This document shows, in pieces, positions 19,703-29,340 of a stretch of DNA of 51,611 bases. Where the stretch lies: NCBI GenBank assembly GCA_039794085.1, contig JBDIWC010000030.1, forward strand, positions 1 through 51,611, given 5' to 3'. The DNA is from Gemmatimonadales bacterium (lineage in GTDB: Bacteria; Gemmatimonadota; Gemmatimonadetes; Gemmatimonadales; GWC2-71-9). The notes beneath the pieces are model-generated. The model was not told the origin of the DNA, ran no database searches, and saw only the letters and a list, made by a program, of their open reading frames with translations. Both the position numbers and the translations under genes were made by a program. Each line of letters begins with the position of its first letter. The stretch's first letter is position 1.

Positions 19703-20314
19703 GTGCCCCCGGACTCCCCTCCGATCTCCGGAGCCATCCTCTGCGGAGGAGCCGCTCTCCGGTTCGGCGGGCAGCCGAAGGGACTTGCCCTGGTGGGGGG
19801 CCGACGCATCCTCGACCGTCTCATCGCCTCCTTCGAAGCCGCCTTCGGGAGGGAACCGGTTCTCATCAGCAGCGTGGCCGGGGCAGAGGAGTGGTGTCCC
19901 GGCCTCCGGGTGATCCCCGACCTCCTGCCGGGGACCGGAGTGCTGGGGGGACTGCTGACCGCGATCGACGGGGCCCCGGCACCTGTGGTGGTGGTCGCGT
20001 GGGACATGCCCTTCGTTCCCCCCGGCCTGCTGCGGGACCTGGCGGACCTCCTCTGCTCCTCGGACGCCGACCTCTCCCTGCCCGAGAGTCCGGGGCCCCG
20101 AGGCATCGAGCCCCTCTGCGCGGCGTACGGCCCGGGATGTGCCCACCCGATCCGCCAGGCGATCAGGGCCGGGAGACGGGAAGCGGTGTCGTTCCACGAT
20201 GCGGTGCGGGTCTCCCGGCTCCCGGAGGCTGCCGTCCGTCGTCACGGGCCGCCGGAACGACTATTCTTCAACGTCAACACCCCCACCGACCTGAACCAGG
20301 CCGAGGAGCACTGA
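19703..20314 (+). CDS. mobA: Molybdenum cofactor guanylyltransferase
   Basis: ILCGGAALRFGG.PK, G.LGGL, DMPF, EPLCAAY, FFNVNTP. Confidence 0.92.
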   Translation: MPPDSPPISGAILCGGAALRFGGQPKGLALVGGRRILDRLIASFEAAFGREPVLISSVAGAEEWCPGLRVIPDLLPGTGVLGGLLTAIDGAPAPVVVVAWDMPFVPPGLLRDLADLLCSSDADLSLPESPGPRGIEPLCAAYGPGCAHPIRQAIRAGRREAVSFHDAVRVSRLPEAAVRRHGPPERLFFNVNTPTDLNQAEEH

Positions 20315-20316
20315 CC

Positions 20317-20838
20317 ATGCGGTGTGCGTCGATCATCGGACGGAAGAACGCCGGGAAGACCACGCTGCTCGTGGCCCTGGTGCGCGAATTTCGGCGTCAG
20401 GGACACCGGGTGGCCACCATCAAGCATGCCCATCATCCGGCGGACGCTGACACCCGGGGCACCGACTCCTGGCGCCACTTCACGGAGGGAGAGTCCGACC
20501 AGACCCTCCTCGTGTCCCCCACCACCCGCACCCTCTTCGAGCGGGTCCCCGACCGGACCGGTCCCCGGGATCTCGCCCGACGATACTTTCCCAAGGCGGA
20601 CCTCGTCCTGGTGGAAGGGTTCAAGTCGGCGGGGCTCCCCTGTGTCGAGGTGCATCGCCGGGAGATCGCCGAAGCGCCGATCCACGACCCGGATGACCCC
20701 GGCGCCAACCTCTGGATCGCCCTCATGACCGACGATGCCGACTTGCGGGCCACCTGCCCCGTCCTCCGGTTTCAGGACACCATGTGGCTCCATCTTCTCG
20801 CCTCGATGATCCGGGAACGAGCCGAGGTTCTCGGGTGA
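20317..20838 (+). CDS. mobB: Molybdopterin-guanine dinucleotide biosynthesis protein B
   Basis: GRKNAGKTTL, IKHAHH, GTDSWRH, LVEGFK. Confidence 0.92.
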   Translation: MRCASIIGRKNAGKTTLLVALVREFRRQGHRVATIKHAHHPADADTRGTDSWRHFTEGESDQTLLVSPTTRTLFERVPDRTGPRDLARRYFPKADLVLVEGFKSAGLPCVEVHRREIAEAPIHDPDDPGANLWIALMTDDADLRATCPVLRFQDTMWLHLLASMIRERAEVLG

Positions 20839-22079
20839 ACGCCGGCGAGGCGGCCCGGCTGATCCTGGACGCCATCGACCCTCAACCCAAACTGCGGGTC
20901 CCCCTCGACGATGCACTCGGCATGGTGCTGGCCGAGGAGGTGGTGAGCCCCCTCGATCTCCCCCCCTGGACCAACTCCGCCATGGATGGGTACGCCGTCC
21001 GGTCCGAGGATGTGCGGGGCGCCTCCGCCACCTCACCCCGCACCCTCCGGGTCGTGGAACGGATCCCGGCGGGGCATGTGCCGATGCACGCGCTCGAGCC
21101 GGGCACCGCCTCACGGATCTTCACCGGGGCCGCTCTCCCCCCCGGGGCCGATGGTGTCATCCGGCAGGAGGACACCGACCAGGGCGATGCCACCGTCACC
21201 ATTGTCAACGCCCGGGATGCGGGAGCCAACATCCGTCACGCCGGGGAGGACGTCCGCCGCGGCACCTCGGTCTGTGCCCCCGGCACGGTACTCGGACCCG
21301 CCCATCTCGGCCTCCTCGCCTCCCTCGCGGTGAGCCACCCCCTGGTGGTGCGGCGTCCCCGGGTGGCCCTCCTCGCCGGGGGAGACGAAATCGCCGACCT
21401 TGACCAGCGCGACGAGATTCTGTCCGGCCGGAAGATCGGCAGTTCCAACACCCACGCCCTCCTCGCCCTGGTCCGGACGGCGGGAGGCGAACCTGTCTCA
21501 CTTGGAATTGCTGCGGACACCGCCGCGAGTGTGCGGGATCACCTGGAACGGGCCCGCGACGCCGATCTCCTCGTCACCACCGCGGGTGTCAGCGTGGGAG
21601 AGCATGACCATGTGCGGCAGGTCATCGAGTCGATGGGTGGGGCCGTCACCTTCTGGCGCCTCCCGATCCGGCCCGGTGCCACCACGGCGTTCGGCCGGCT
21701 CGGAGAAGTGCCCTGGCTCGGGCTCCCCGGGAACCCGGTGAGCACCATGGTCACTTTCGAGCTCTTCGTGCGACCGGCGATCCGCCACCTGGCCGGCCAC
21801 CAGCTCCCCTTCCGGTCAGCTCGCACGGCCCGCCTCGCCGACCCGATCCACCTCACGGCTCCGCTGCAACACTTTCTGAGGGGAATCGCCCGGGAGGATC
21901 CCGCGGGTGGGCGATCGATCCGGCTCACCGGTCCCCAGGGCTCGGGGAGGCTCACGTCCATGGTCGCGGCCAACGCCCTGATTCTTGTTCCACAAGGAAC
22001 AACCGACCTTGCGGCGGGCGCCGAGGTCCGGATTCTGCCGCTCAATGAGGAGAGATACGGGGATCAACCGGAATATTGA
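20835..22079 (+). CDS. moeA: Molybdopterin molybdotransferase
   Basis: NSAMDGYAV, RIFTGA, GEDV, GDEI, GVSVG, GLPGNP, QGSG. Confidence 0.95.
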   Translation: MNAGEAARLILDAIDPQPKLRVPLDDALGMVLAEEVVSPLDLPPWTNSAMDGYAVRSEDVRGASATSPRTLRVVERIPAGHVPMHALEPGTASRIFTGAALPPGADGVIRQEDTDQGDATVTIVNARDAGANIRHAGEDVRRGTSVCAPGTVLGPAHLGLLASLAVSHPLVVRRPRVALLAGGDEIADLDQRDEILSGRKIGSSNTHALLALVRTAGGEPVSLGIAADTAASVRDHLERARDADLLVTTAGVSVGEHDHVRQVIESMGGAVTFWRLPIRPGATTAFGRLGEVPWLGLPGNPVSTMVTFELFVRPAIRHLAGHQLPFRSARTARLADPIHLTAPLQHFLRGIAREDPAGGRSIRLTGPQGSGRLTSMVAANALILVPQGTTDLAAGAEVRILPLNEERYGDQPEY

Positions 22080-22084
22080 GTTTG

Positions 22085-22127
22085 CCCTCACCCCTGACAC
22101 CTCTCCCACAGGGTGGGAGAGGGGAAC
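22085..22127. repeat. CCCTCACCCC...CTCTCCC/GGGAGAG palindromic repeat, possible terminator
   Basis: Hairpin CCTCTCCCA-CAGGG-TGGGAGAGG immediately after moeA. Confidence 0.65.
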
Positions 22128-22204
22128 AACCCGAGGAAAATCATGGGAAAGGGTGCGCCGCAAGCAGCGCACCCACAAACCTCCCGATTCCCTCGATGAC
22201 TCCG

Positions 22205-22271
22205 AACACCGACTGAACACTGAAACTGTTCACTGTTCACTGTTCATTGTTCATTGTTCATTGTTCATTGC
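22205..22271. repeat. Heptamer array (TGTTCAT/TGTTCAC)n with a short inverted arm
   Basis: GAACACTGA... followed by TGTTCAC/TGTTCAT units. Confidence 0.9.
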
Positions 22272-22272
22272 C

Positions 22273-23265
22273 CTACTCCCTCTTTCCCACTCCCGACAGA
22301 TCCGCGAGTCCCGTCTTGAGCGCCCGCATCAACTGATTCAGGTCGAGCCGCTCCGCCAGCGCCCGCACCTCGACCTCCATCCGCGGATAAAGCGTCTTGC
22401 CATCCTCGGTGAGCCGCGTATACAGGGCGCGGAGCTCCACCGCCTGAAGCGTCCGTCCCCCGGCATAGTAGGCCAGACTCGCATGGCCGATCCCGTAGGT
22501 GGCGGCAAAGGTGAACGCCGCGCTGGTCGCGACTCCGGCGGCTCCGCCGGCCCAGCGCCCCCCCAGGGACCGGGCCACCCCCCCTACGAGCCGTCGCGCC
22601 AGGCCGTCCACGAGCTGGGCCGTGGCGCCAATCCCGGCGGTGGCGAGTAGTTCCTGCAGCTGTTCCCCGTTCAGAGCATGACCGTGGGCCGAGCCGATGC
22701 GGGCCACGAGCCGCATCTGGATCGGGATCACCGCCAGGGACGAGAGGGAACCGGGCAGAAACTCGGCCGCCGCCGCCAGCATCGCGTGTCGCAGAATCCA
22801 GCCGTCGAAGTCCCGGTCCGGCTCGGCGGGTTCCGGTCCGGACGCTGCCGCATCGCCTTCACCGGGCCGCGCCGTCGCGCGGACGGTTGCTCCGAGCGAG
22901 CCGGTGGCGGCCTCGGTCACGGACTGGGCACCCCCCTGAATCCTCCTCACGTCGTGCGCGTCGAGACCGAGCACCGGCCAGAGGGCGCAAAGAAACGACT
23001 CCTCCCCGGGGGTGACGATCCCGTCCGCGTGGCAGACAGCGACACACGCCTCAAACGCCTCCCGCCTCGCCTCGGGACCGGAGAGCCGTTCCGCCAAGGC
23101 CCGAAGGTCGGCGGTCCCGGCCAGCGCCGGAGCGGACGTGGCGCCCAGATCGAGCCGGCGAGCCAGTGCGTTCAACGACTCCCGCTCCTCCCGGCCAAGG
23201 TGGCCATCGGAGAGGGCGGCCAGGAGGCTCAGGGAGATGATCGTTTCGGAATCCTCAGGGGTCAT
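22273..23265 (-). CDS. TerB-like domain fused to a DUF697/YcjF-like membrane domain
   Basis: AALSDG...E and CHADG...EESFL TerB-type motifs; IPIQMRLV.RIG...FAATYGIG. Confidence 0.75.
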   Translation of the reverse strand: MTPEDSETIISLSLLAALSDGHLGREERESLNALARRLDLGATSAPALAGTADLRALAERLSGPEARREAFEACVAVCHADGIVTPGEESFLCALWPVLGLDAHDVRRIQGGAQSVTEAATGSLGATVRATARPGEGDAAASGPEPAEPDRDFDGWILRHAMLAAAAEFLPGSLSSLAVIPIQMRLVARIGSAHGHALNGEQLQELLATAGIGATAQLVDGLARRLVGGVARSLGGRWAGGAAGVATSAAFTFAATYGIGHASLAYYAGGRTLQAVELRALYTRLTEDGKTLYPRMEVEVRALAERLDLNQLMRALKTGLADLSGVGKRE

Positions 23266-23366
23266 GCAACCTCCGGCGAAGCGGACCCGCGACATTGCGC
23301 CGCGGCGTGACCGGAAGTAACGTCCGAGCAATCCGTCAGGCAACCCGACCCCACCAAGGAGCACCG

Positions 23367-25427
23367 ATGCGACTCTCCCATCCCGGATGGGTGGTCCTCA
23401 CCACCCTCATCGCACTCACCCCGGTCCAGGCACAGGACCAGGCGTCGGCCCAAGGTCCGCGCTCCTCCGGACCCGCCCCGGCTCCCTCCACCCGTCTCCA
23501 GCTCGCCGACTACCTCGACCTCGAGGATGTCCAGGCCCCGACTCTCTCACCCGATGGCACCCAGATCATCTATACCCGGCGCTGGATCGACCGGATGAAC
23601 GATTCGTGGGAGAGCTCTCTCTGGATCATGAACGCCGATGGCAGCCGGAACCGGATGCTCATCGACGGCTCCTCGGCGCGCTGGTCACCCGATGGCACCC
23701 GGATCGCCTTCCTGGCCAAGGGAGAACCGAGTGGCACCCAGATCTTCGTACGGTGGATGGACGCCGAAGGGGCGGTGACCCAGGTGACCCGGGTGACCGA
23801 GAGCCCCTCGGACATCGAGTGGTCGCCGGATGGGCGAAGCATCGCCTTCCGCATGCTGATCCCGACCCGGGAACAGTGGAGGGCCGAGGTTCCCGCGCCC
23901 CCCAGGGGAGCCAAATGGACCGAAGCCCCGCGCATCGTCGAACGACTCAACTACCGGCGGGATCGGGTCGGATTCACCGACGAGGGGTTCCGTCACATCT
24001 TCGTCGTCCCGGCGGATGGCGGCACTCCGCGCCAGGTCACCGATGGCAACTGGGATGACGGATCGCCCAACTGGACTCCGGATGGGACGGAGCTGGTCTT
24101 CAGCGGGCTCCGGGACGAAAACGCCCCCTGGCGGTGGCGCGAATCCGAGATCTACGCCGTCAACGTGGCTTCGGGCGCGGTCCGTCAACTGACCCGGCGC
24201 GCCGGTCCCGACCAGAACCCGACCGTGTCACCCGACGGGCGGTACGTGGCCTACACGGGCTACGACTCCACGAACGCCACCTGGCAGGACGCCACCCTGT
24301 CGGTGATGCGCCTCGATGGATCCGGCGCCCGCGCGCTCACGCCGAACCTGGACCGAACCCCCGAGAACGTGATCTGGGCCGCCGACAGCCGGGGTCTCTA
24401 TTTCAACGTGAGCGAACACGGAACCCGCAACCTCCACTACGTCTCTCTGGACGGGGCGGTGCGCAAGGTCACCGAAGGGAGCCATCTCCTGTCGGTGGCC
24501 GAGATCGGACGGAACGGCACCGCCGTCGGCGTCCTGACCACGCCACATCGCCCCAACGATGTGGTGGCCTTCTCGGTGACCCGCCCCGAGATTCGCACCC
24601 TGACCGATGTGAACTCGGATCTCCTCGCCGGCAAAACCCTGGGGGATGTGGAAGAGATCTGGTATCGCTCGGTGGACGACTTCCGGATCCAGGGGTGGAT
24701 CATCAAGCCCCCCGATTTTGATCCCTCCCGGAAGTATCCGATGATGCTCGTCATCCATGGCGGGCCCCACTCCGCCTACACGGTGGGCTTCAACTTCGGA
24801 TGGCAGGAGCATGCGGCCAACGGATACGTGATCCTCTACACCAACCCCCGCGGAAGCACCGGGTACGGGAGCGCCTTCGGCAACGCGATCAAGAACGCCT
24901 ATCCCGGCAAGGACTACAACGACCTCATGATCGGGGTCGATTCAGTCCTCGCCCGGGGATACGTGGATCCGAACAACCTCTTCGTCTACGGCTGCAGCGG
25001 CGGCGGCGTCCTGACCTCCTGGATCGTGGGTCACACCGACCGGTTCGCGGCCGCCTCGGCCAACTGCCCGGTGACCAACTGGCTGAGCTTCGTCGGCACC
25101 ACCGACGGATCGGGATGGTACCGGAACTTCGAGCACCTCCCCTGGGAGGATCCGAGCGAGCATCTCCGGCGCTCCCCCCTCATGTACGTGGGCAACGTCA
25201 AGACCCCCACCATGCTCATGACCGGCGTCAAGGACCTCCGAACCCCGATGCCGCAGACCGAGGAGTACTACCAGGCGCTCAAGCTCCTCAAGGTGCCCAC
25301 GGCGATGGTGCGATTCAACGAGGAGTGGCACGGGACCTCCTCCAAACCCTCCAACTTCCTCCGCACCCAGGCCTATCTGCGGAAATGGTTCAAGGACCAC
25401 GCCCGCCCGGGGGCCCCGGTGACCTGA
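23367..25427 (+). CDS. S9 family (acylaminoacyl/dipeptidyl) peptidase with a PD40 propeller
   Basis: AAGGAG SD, signal peptide, WSPDG repeats, IHGGPH, NPRGSTGYG, GCSGGG, DLRTP, HG. Confidence 0.93.
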   Translation: MRLSHPGWVVLTTLIALTPVQAQDQASAQGPRSSGPAPAPSTRLQLADYLDLEDVQAPTLSPDGTQIIYTRRWIDRMNDSWESSLWIMNADGSRNRMLIDGSSARWSPDGTRIAFLAKGEPSGTQIFVRWMDAEGAVTQVTRVTESPSDIEWSPDGRSIAFRMLIPTREQWRAEVPAPPRGAKWTEAPRIVERLNYRRDRVGFTDEGFRHIFVVPADGGTPRQVTDGNWDDGSPNWTPDGTELVFSGLRDENAPWRWRESEIYAVNVASGAVRQLTRRAGPDQNPTVSPDGRYVAYTGYDSTNATWQDATLSVMRLDGSGARALTPNLDRTPENVIWAADSRGLYFNVSEHGTRNLHYVSLDGAVRKVTEGSHLLSVAEIGRNGTAVGVLTTPHRPNDVVAFSVTRPEIRTLTDVNSDLLAGKTLGDVEEIWYRSVDDFRIQGWIIKPPDFDPSRKYPMMLVIHGGPHSAYTVGFNFGWQEHAANGYVILYTNPRGSTGYGSAFGNAIKNAYPGKDYNDLMIGVDSVLARGYVDPNNLFVYGCSGGGVLTSWIVGHTDRFAAASANCPVTNWLSFVGTTDGSGWYRNFEHLPWEDPSEHLRRSPLMYVGNVKTPTMLMTGVKDLRTPMPQTEEYYQALKLLKVPTAMVRFNEEWHGTSSKPSNFLRTQAYLRKWFKDHARPGAPVT

Positions 25428-25494
25428 CCGGATCAATCGGCAGGACGAGCGAGCCGGTCTCTCCCCGAGAGGCCGGCCCGTTGCGCATCCGAGA

Positions 25495-26088
25495 TCATGA
25501 GAATGGCCGGGGCGCCGTCTCCTCCATGAAGCCGGCAAACCGTTCCAAGGACCTCGACACCAGGGCCCGGGTGGGCTCGTCGGTCAGACGCCCCTGGTCA
25601 TCGAACTTGTTCTGGGCCTGACCCACCAGCACCTCCGGGGGTGGAAGCACCTGCGCCCCCACGGCATAGAGGACCTGCCGAAGCTGGATCTGGGCCCGTG
25701 CGGTACCCACGATGCCCGCTGAGGCCCCCATGATCGCCACCGGCTTTCCCCGCAGGGGAAATCCCACCCCCTTCCGCGAGAGCCAGTCCAGAGCATTCTT
25801 CAACCCCCCGGGGATCCCGTGGTTATACTCCGGGCAAGCCAGGAGCAGCCCCTCGGCACCGGCGATGGCCCGGGCGAGTTCCAGGACGACCGAGGGTACT
25901 CCGGCCTCCTCCACGTCCGCGTCGTAGACCGGGAGTCCGCGGATAGTCCCGAGGACCAGGCCGAGATCGCGTGGCGCAAGATCGCGGGCGGTAACCAGCA
26001 GTTTCTGGTTGAATGATTCCCGCCGGAGACTACCGGCCAGGGCAACGACCGTCCGGGGGGTGGTGGGTGACGGAGCAGTGGGTGACAC
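25495..26088 (-). CDS. NADPH-dependent FMN reductase (ChrR/SsuE-like)
   Basis: GSLRRESFN, PEYNHGIPGGLKNALDWLSR, GKPVA, GTARAQ. Confidence 0.92.
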   Translation of the reverse strand: MSPTAPSPTTPRTVVALAGSLRRESFNQKLLVTARDLAPRDLGLVLGTIRGLPVYDADVEEAGVPSVVLELARAIAGAEGLLLACPEYNHGIPGGLKNALDWLSRKGVGFPLRGKPVAIMGASAGIVGTARAQIQLRQVLYAVGAQVLPPPEVLVGQAQNKFDDQGRLTDEPTRALVSRSLERFAGFMEETAPRPFS

Positions 26089-26197
26089 GGAATCCCTCCT
26101 CCTGGCGTAGGGTGATGCAGAGGCTCCCCGGGTCGGCGGCCCTTCGCTGGCGACCTCACGACTCCGGCAACGGCCGGAGTCGGTCCACTTTCCGGAG

Positions 26198-27913
26198 ATG
26201 GTTGTGAACAGACTGACCCCGACGCTCCTCGGTTCTCTTGTCCTCCTCCCCACCCTCGTGGTTGCCCAGGGAGCCCCACCGCCCGCCGGTGCCGGCCTCC
26301 CCCGGACCTGGTCCGGACCACCGACCACCGCCGAAATCACCCCCCGCGATCTCATGACCCGGCTCTATATCTTTGCCGACGACTCCATGCAGGGGCGCGC
26401 CGCGGGGACCGTGGGACATCACCGCGCCACCACCTGGCTCGCCGCCGAGCTGGACAAGATTGGACTCGAGCCCGCGGGAGACGATGGCACGTTCTTCCAG
26501 AATGTACCGCTCAAAGCTGTCACCGGTTCCGCCGACCTCACCGTGGATGGGGTCCCCATCACCATGGGCACCGATTTTCTCATGCTGCCGAAGAGCGTCG
26601 TTCCGGGCTACGGAGGACTGATCACCGGGCCGGAAACCCCCACCATCTTCGGCGGACGCCTCGGCGCCAACAACGCGATCTCCCCCGCCGATGCCGCAGG
26701 AAAGCTCGTGGTCTTTCTCCCACCGATCGCGGGGAATGGCCAACCCTCTTTTCTCTTCTGGGGTCATCCGCAGATCGGCCAGTATGCCGACGCGGCTGGA
26801 TTCCTGGTCGCGGCGCTCGACATCTTCCCCCGGCAGTTCTTCAGCTTCCTCACGGACGCGTCAACCGGGTACTTCCCCGGCGACCTGCCGCAGGCCGGAC
26901 AGGTCGGGATGTTGATCTCCCCCTCGGTCGCGGTCCGGATCGTGGGCCGTCCCCTGGAACAGGCCCTCCCCGGGGCGATGGGAAAGCCCCTCGGCGGCAC
27001 CGCCGGGTACGAGTACCGCGACACCGAAGCACCGGCCCGCAACGTCGTGGGGCTGCTCCGGGGCAGCGATCCCACCCTCAGCTCCGAATACGTTCTCGTC
27101 GGTGCCCATAGCGACCACACCGGTCTCCAGGATGAGACCGTGGATCACGACTCCCTGCGAGTGTACAACACCGTGGTGCGTCCCCGCGGCGTGGAAAATG
27201 GCGATGCGGAGGCCACCGCCGAACAGCTCCCCCGGATCCAGCAGATGCTCGACAGCGTGAGGGCTCTCCGGCCCGGACGCCTCGATTCCATCGCCAACGG
27301 CGCCGATGACGACGGCAGCGGATCGGTGGCTCTGCTCGAGGTGGCCCAGGCGATGGCGGCCGCCCCGGACCGGCCCAAGCGCTCCATCCTCTTCATCTGG
27401 CACGTGGCGGAGGAACTCGGGCTCTTCGGGTCGGAGCACTTCAGCGACCACCCAACCGTCCCGCGGGACTCCATCGTCGCCGCGATCAACGTGGACATGG
27501 TGGGGCGCGGCGGGGCAGCGGATCTTCCCAACGGCGGCCCCGGCTACCTGCAGCTTATCGGCTCCCGGCGGCTCAGCACCGAACTCGGCGACCTGGTGGA
27601 GACCCGGAACACCGAGGGCCGCTTCGGGTTCCGCTTCGATTACCAGTTCGACGCCAACAATCACCCCGACCAGTACTACTGCCGGAGTGACCACTACAAC
27701 TACGCCCGATATGGGATCCCGGTGGTGTTCATGTCCACCGGCGGGCATCGGGACTACCACATCGTCACCGACGAACCCCAGTACATCGACTATGACCAGT
27801 TGGCGCGGGTCTCCCGGTTCATCGAGGACCTGGCCCGGACCGTGGCGAACCTCGACCACCGGGTGGTGGTGGACAAGCCGAAGCCCGACCCCTCGGCCCC
27901 GTGCGTGCAATAG
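26198..27913 (+). CDS. M28 family aminopeptidase
   Basis: GAHSDH, NGADDDGSG, AEELGL.GS, NVDMVGR, RSDHYNY, DYH. Confidence 0.92.
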   Translation: MVVNRLTPTLLGSLVLLPTLVVAQGAPPPAGAGLPRTWSGPPTTAEITPRDLMTRLYIFADDSMQGRAAGTVGHHRATTWLAAELDKIGLEPAGDDGTFFQNVPLKAVTGSADLTVDGVPITMGTDFLMLPKSVVPGYGGLITGPETPTIFGGRLGANNAISPADAAGKLVVFLPPIAGNGQPSFLFWGHPQIGQYADAAGFLVAALDIFPRQFFSFLTDASTGYFPGDLPQAGQVGMLISPSVAVRIVGRPLEQALPGAMGKPLGGTAGYEYRDTEAPARNVVGLLRGSDPTLSSEYVLVGAHSDHTGLQDETVDHDSLRVYNTVVRPRGVENGDAEATAEQLPRIQQMLDSVRALRPGRLDSIANGADDDGSGSVALLEVAQAMAAAPDRPKRSILFIWHVAEELGLFGSEHFSDHPTVPRDSIVAAINVDMVGRGGAADLPNGGPGYLQLIGSRRLSTELGDLVETRNTEGRFGFRFDYQFDANNHPDQYYCRSDHYNYARYGIPVVFMSTGGHRDYHIVTDEPQYIDYDQLARVSRFIEDLARTVANLDHRVVVDKPKPDPSAPCVQ

Positions 27914-28166
27914 GCCTTGATTGCCTCAACGCAAGGGCGCCACGGCCCGGGGCGCAACGGTGCTTGGAGCCCACGAAGGGATCCCGATCCGACACGCACG
28001 GGGATGAGGCCTTTCGATCCCTGGTGAGCAGGTATTTTCCTGGCTCTTCAGGCATTGGAGTGAGTTCACCCCAGACCCGACCACCAGATGCGCCAAAGCA
28101 GACAGCGAATCCGGAATCGCCTCCTGCCCGGAGGCACGATGGCGATCCGGCGAGGAGACGAACTGG

Positions 28167-28244
28167 AACCACGAAATACACGAAAACACACGAAAGAGAG
28201 CCCCCTCCACCCCCGTTCGTGTCCTTTCGTGCTTTTTCGTGGTT
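28167..28244. repeat. Inverted 9-mer arrays (CACGAAA.. / ..TTCGTG)
   Basis: AACCACGAAATACACGAAAACACACGAAA ... TTCGTGTCCTTTCGTGCTTTTTCGTGGTT. Confidence 0.85.
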
Positions 28245-28281
28245 GACCCTTCTCCCTCCGCGGCTCCCCGGGTGACGCCCC

Positions 28282-28310
28282 TTGCCGTGCCCCCCGGTGA
28301 GCGGCATATT
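28282..28310 (+). promoter_or_regulatory. Putative sigma70 promoter
   Basis: TTGCCG - 17 bp - CATATT directly upstream of the riboswitch. Confidence 0.55.
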
Positions 28311-28315
28311 TCGGG

Positions 28316-28441
28316 CTGAAGGGGAGTAGCCTATCCGCCGAGTTCAGGCGGACAGCGGTATCGTCAAGACTGTCGGGTATCCCCCGGCACGGTACCGTGG
28401 GACCACGACCGGTACGGTCGTCATCAGGGCGAGACCTTCGT
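28316..28441 (+). ncRNA. yybP-ykoY (Mn2+-sensing) riboswitch
   Basis: GAAGGGGAGTAGC 5' motif, CGTCAAGAC loop, GGCGAGACCTTC 3' motif closing P1; terC downstream. Confidence 0.88.
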
Positions 28442-28456
28442 CCCCGGCTCAGAGCC

Positions 28457-28479
28457 GGGCGACGGGGTCTCGCCCTTTT
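28457..28479 (+). terminator. Riboswitch expression-platform hairpin with U-tract
   Basis: GGGCGA...TCGCCC-TTTT; GGTCTCGCCC is also complementary to aptamer GGGCGAGACC. Confidence 0.6.
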
Positions 28480-28505
28480 GGCATGGAACACACAAGGAGC
28501 ATGGC

Positions 28506-29339
28506 GTGAACAACTTCAAGACCTTCATTCTGATGGCCGGCCTGATGGGCCTCTTTCTGGTCCTGGGCCAGATGCTGGGCGGCACCAGCGGCCTGATCAT
28601 GGCGCTGGTTCTCGGATCGGCCATGAACTTCATCATGTACTTCTTTTCCGACCGCATGGTGCTCCGGATGTACCGGGCCAAGGTGGTGACGGCGCAGGAG
28701 GCCCCGGAGCTCTACGCCCTGGTCGACCGTCTCCGCCAGCGGGCCGGCCTCCCCATGCCGGTCGTGGCCGTGGCTCCGCACGAACAGCCCAACGCCTTTG
28801 CCACCGGTCGCAGCCCCCGAAAGGCCGTCGTGGCCGTCACGACCGGGATCCTCAAGCACATGCCGCAGGACGAGCTGGAGGGTGTCATCGCCCATGAGCT
28901 GGCCCACATCAAGAACCGCGACATGCTGATCTCGACCATCGCCGCCGGGTTCGCCGGGGCGATCGGGTACCTCCCCTATCTGCTCATGTTCGGCGGGGGC
29001 CGCCGGGAAGGAGGGCATCCCGCAGTGGCCCTCGTCGTGATGCTGCTCGGACCGGTGGCGGCCATGATCATCCAGATGGCGGTCTCCCGCCAGCGGGAGT
29101 TCGAGGCCGACCGGGTGGCGGCCCAGATCCTCGGCCGACCCGACCCGCTGGCCCGGGCACTGACCCGCCTGGACAGGATGGCCCGGCAGATCCCCATGGA
29201 TGTGATGCCCGCCGCCGCCCCCCTCGCTCAGGTGAACCCCTTGGCGGCCCACGGCGGAGGGATCGCGGGACTCTTCAGCACCCATCCCCCCACGGAGGCA
29301 CGCGTCCGGGCGCTGATGGCGCTCGGCCGGTCATCCTGA
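28506..29339 (+). CDS. htpX: Zinc metalloprotease HtpX (M48)
   Basis: PNAFATG, AHELAH, SRQREFEAD, FSTHPP. Confidence 0.95.
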   Translation: MNNFKTFILMAGLMGLFLVLGQMLGGTSGLIMALVLGSAMNFIMYFFSDRMVLRMYRAKVVTAQEAPELYALVDRLRQRAGLPMPVVAVAPHEQPNAFATGRSPRKAVVAVTTGILKHMPQDELEGVIAHELAHIKNRDMLISTIAAGFAGAIGYLPYLLMFGGGRREGGHPAVALVVMLLGPVAAMIIQMAVSRQREFEADRVAAQILGRPDPLARALTRLDRMARQIPMDVMPAAAPLAQVNPLAAHGGGIAGLFSTHPPTEARVRALMALGRSS

Positions 29340-29340
29340 G

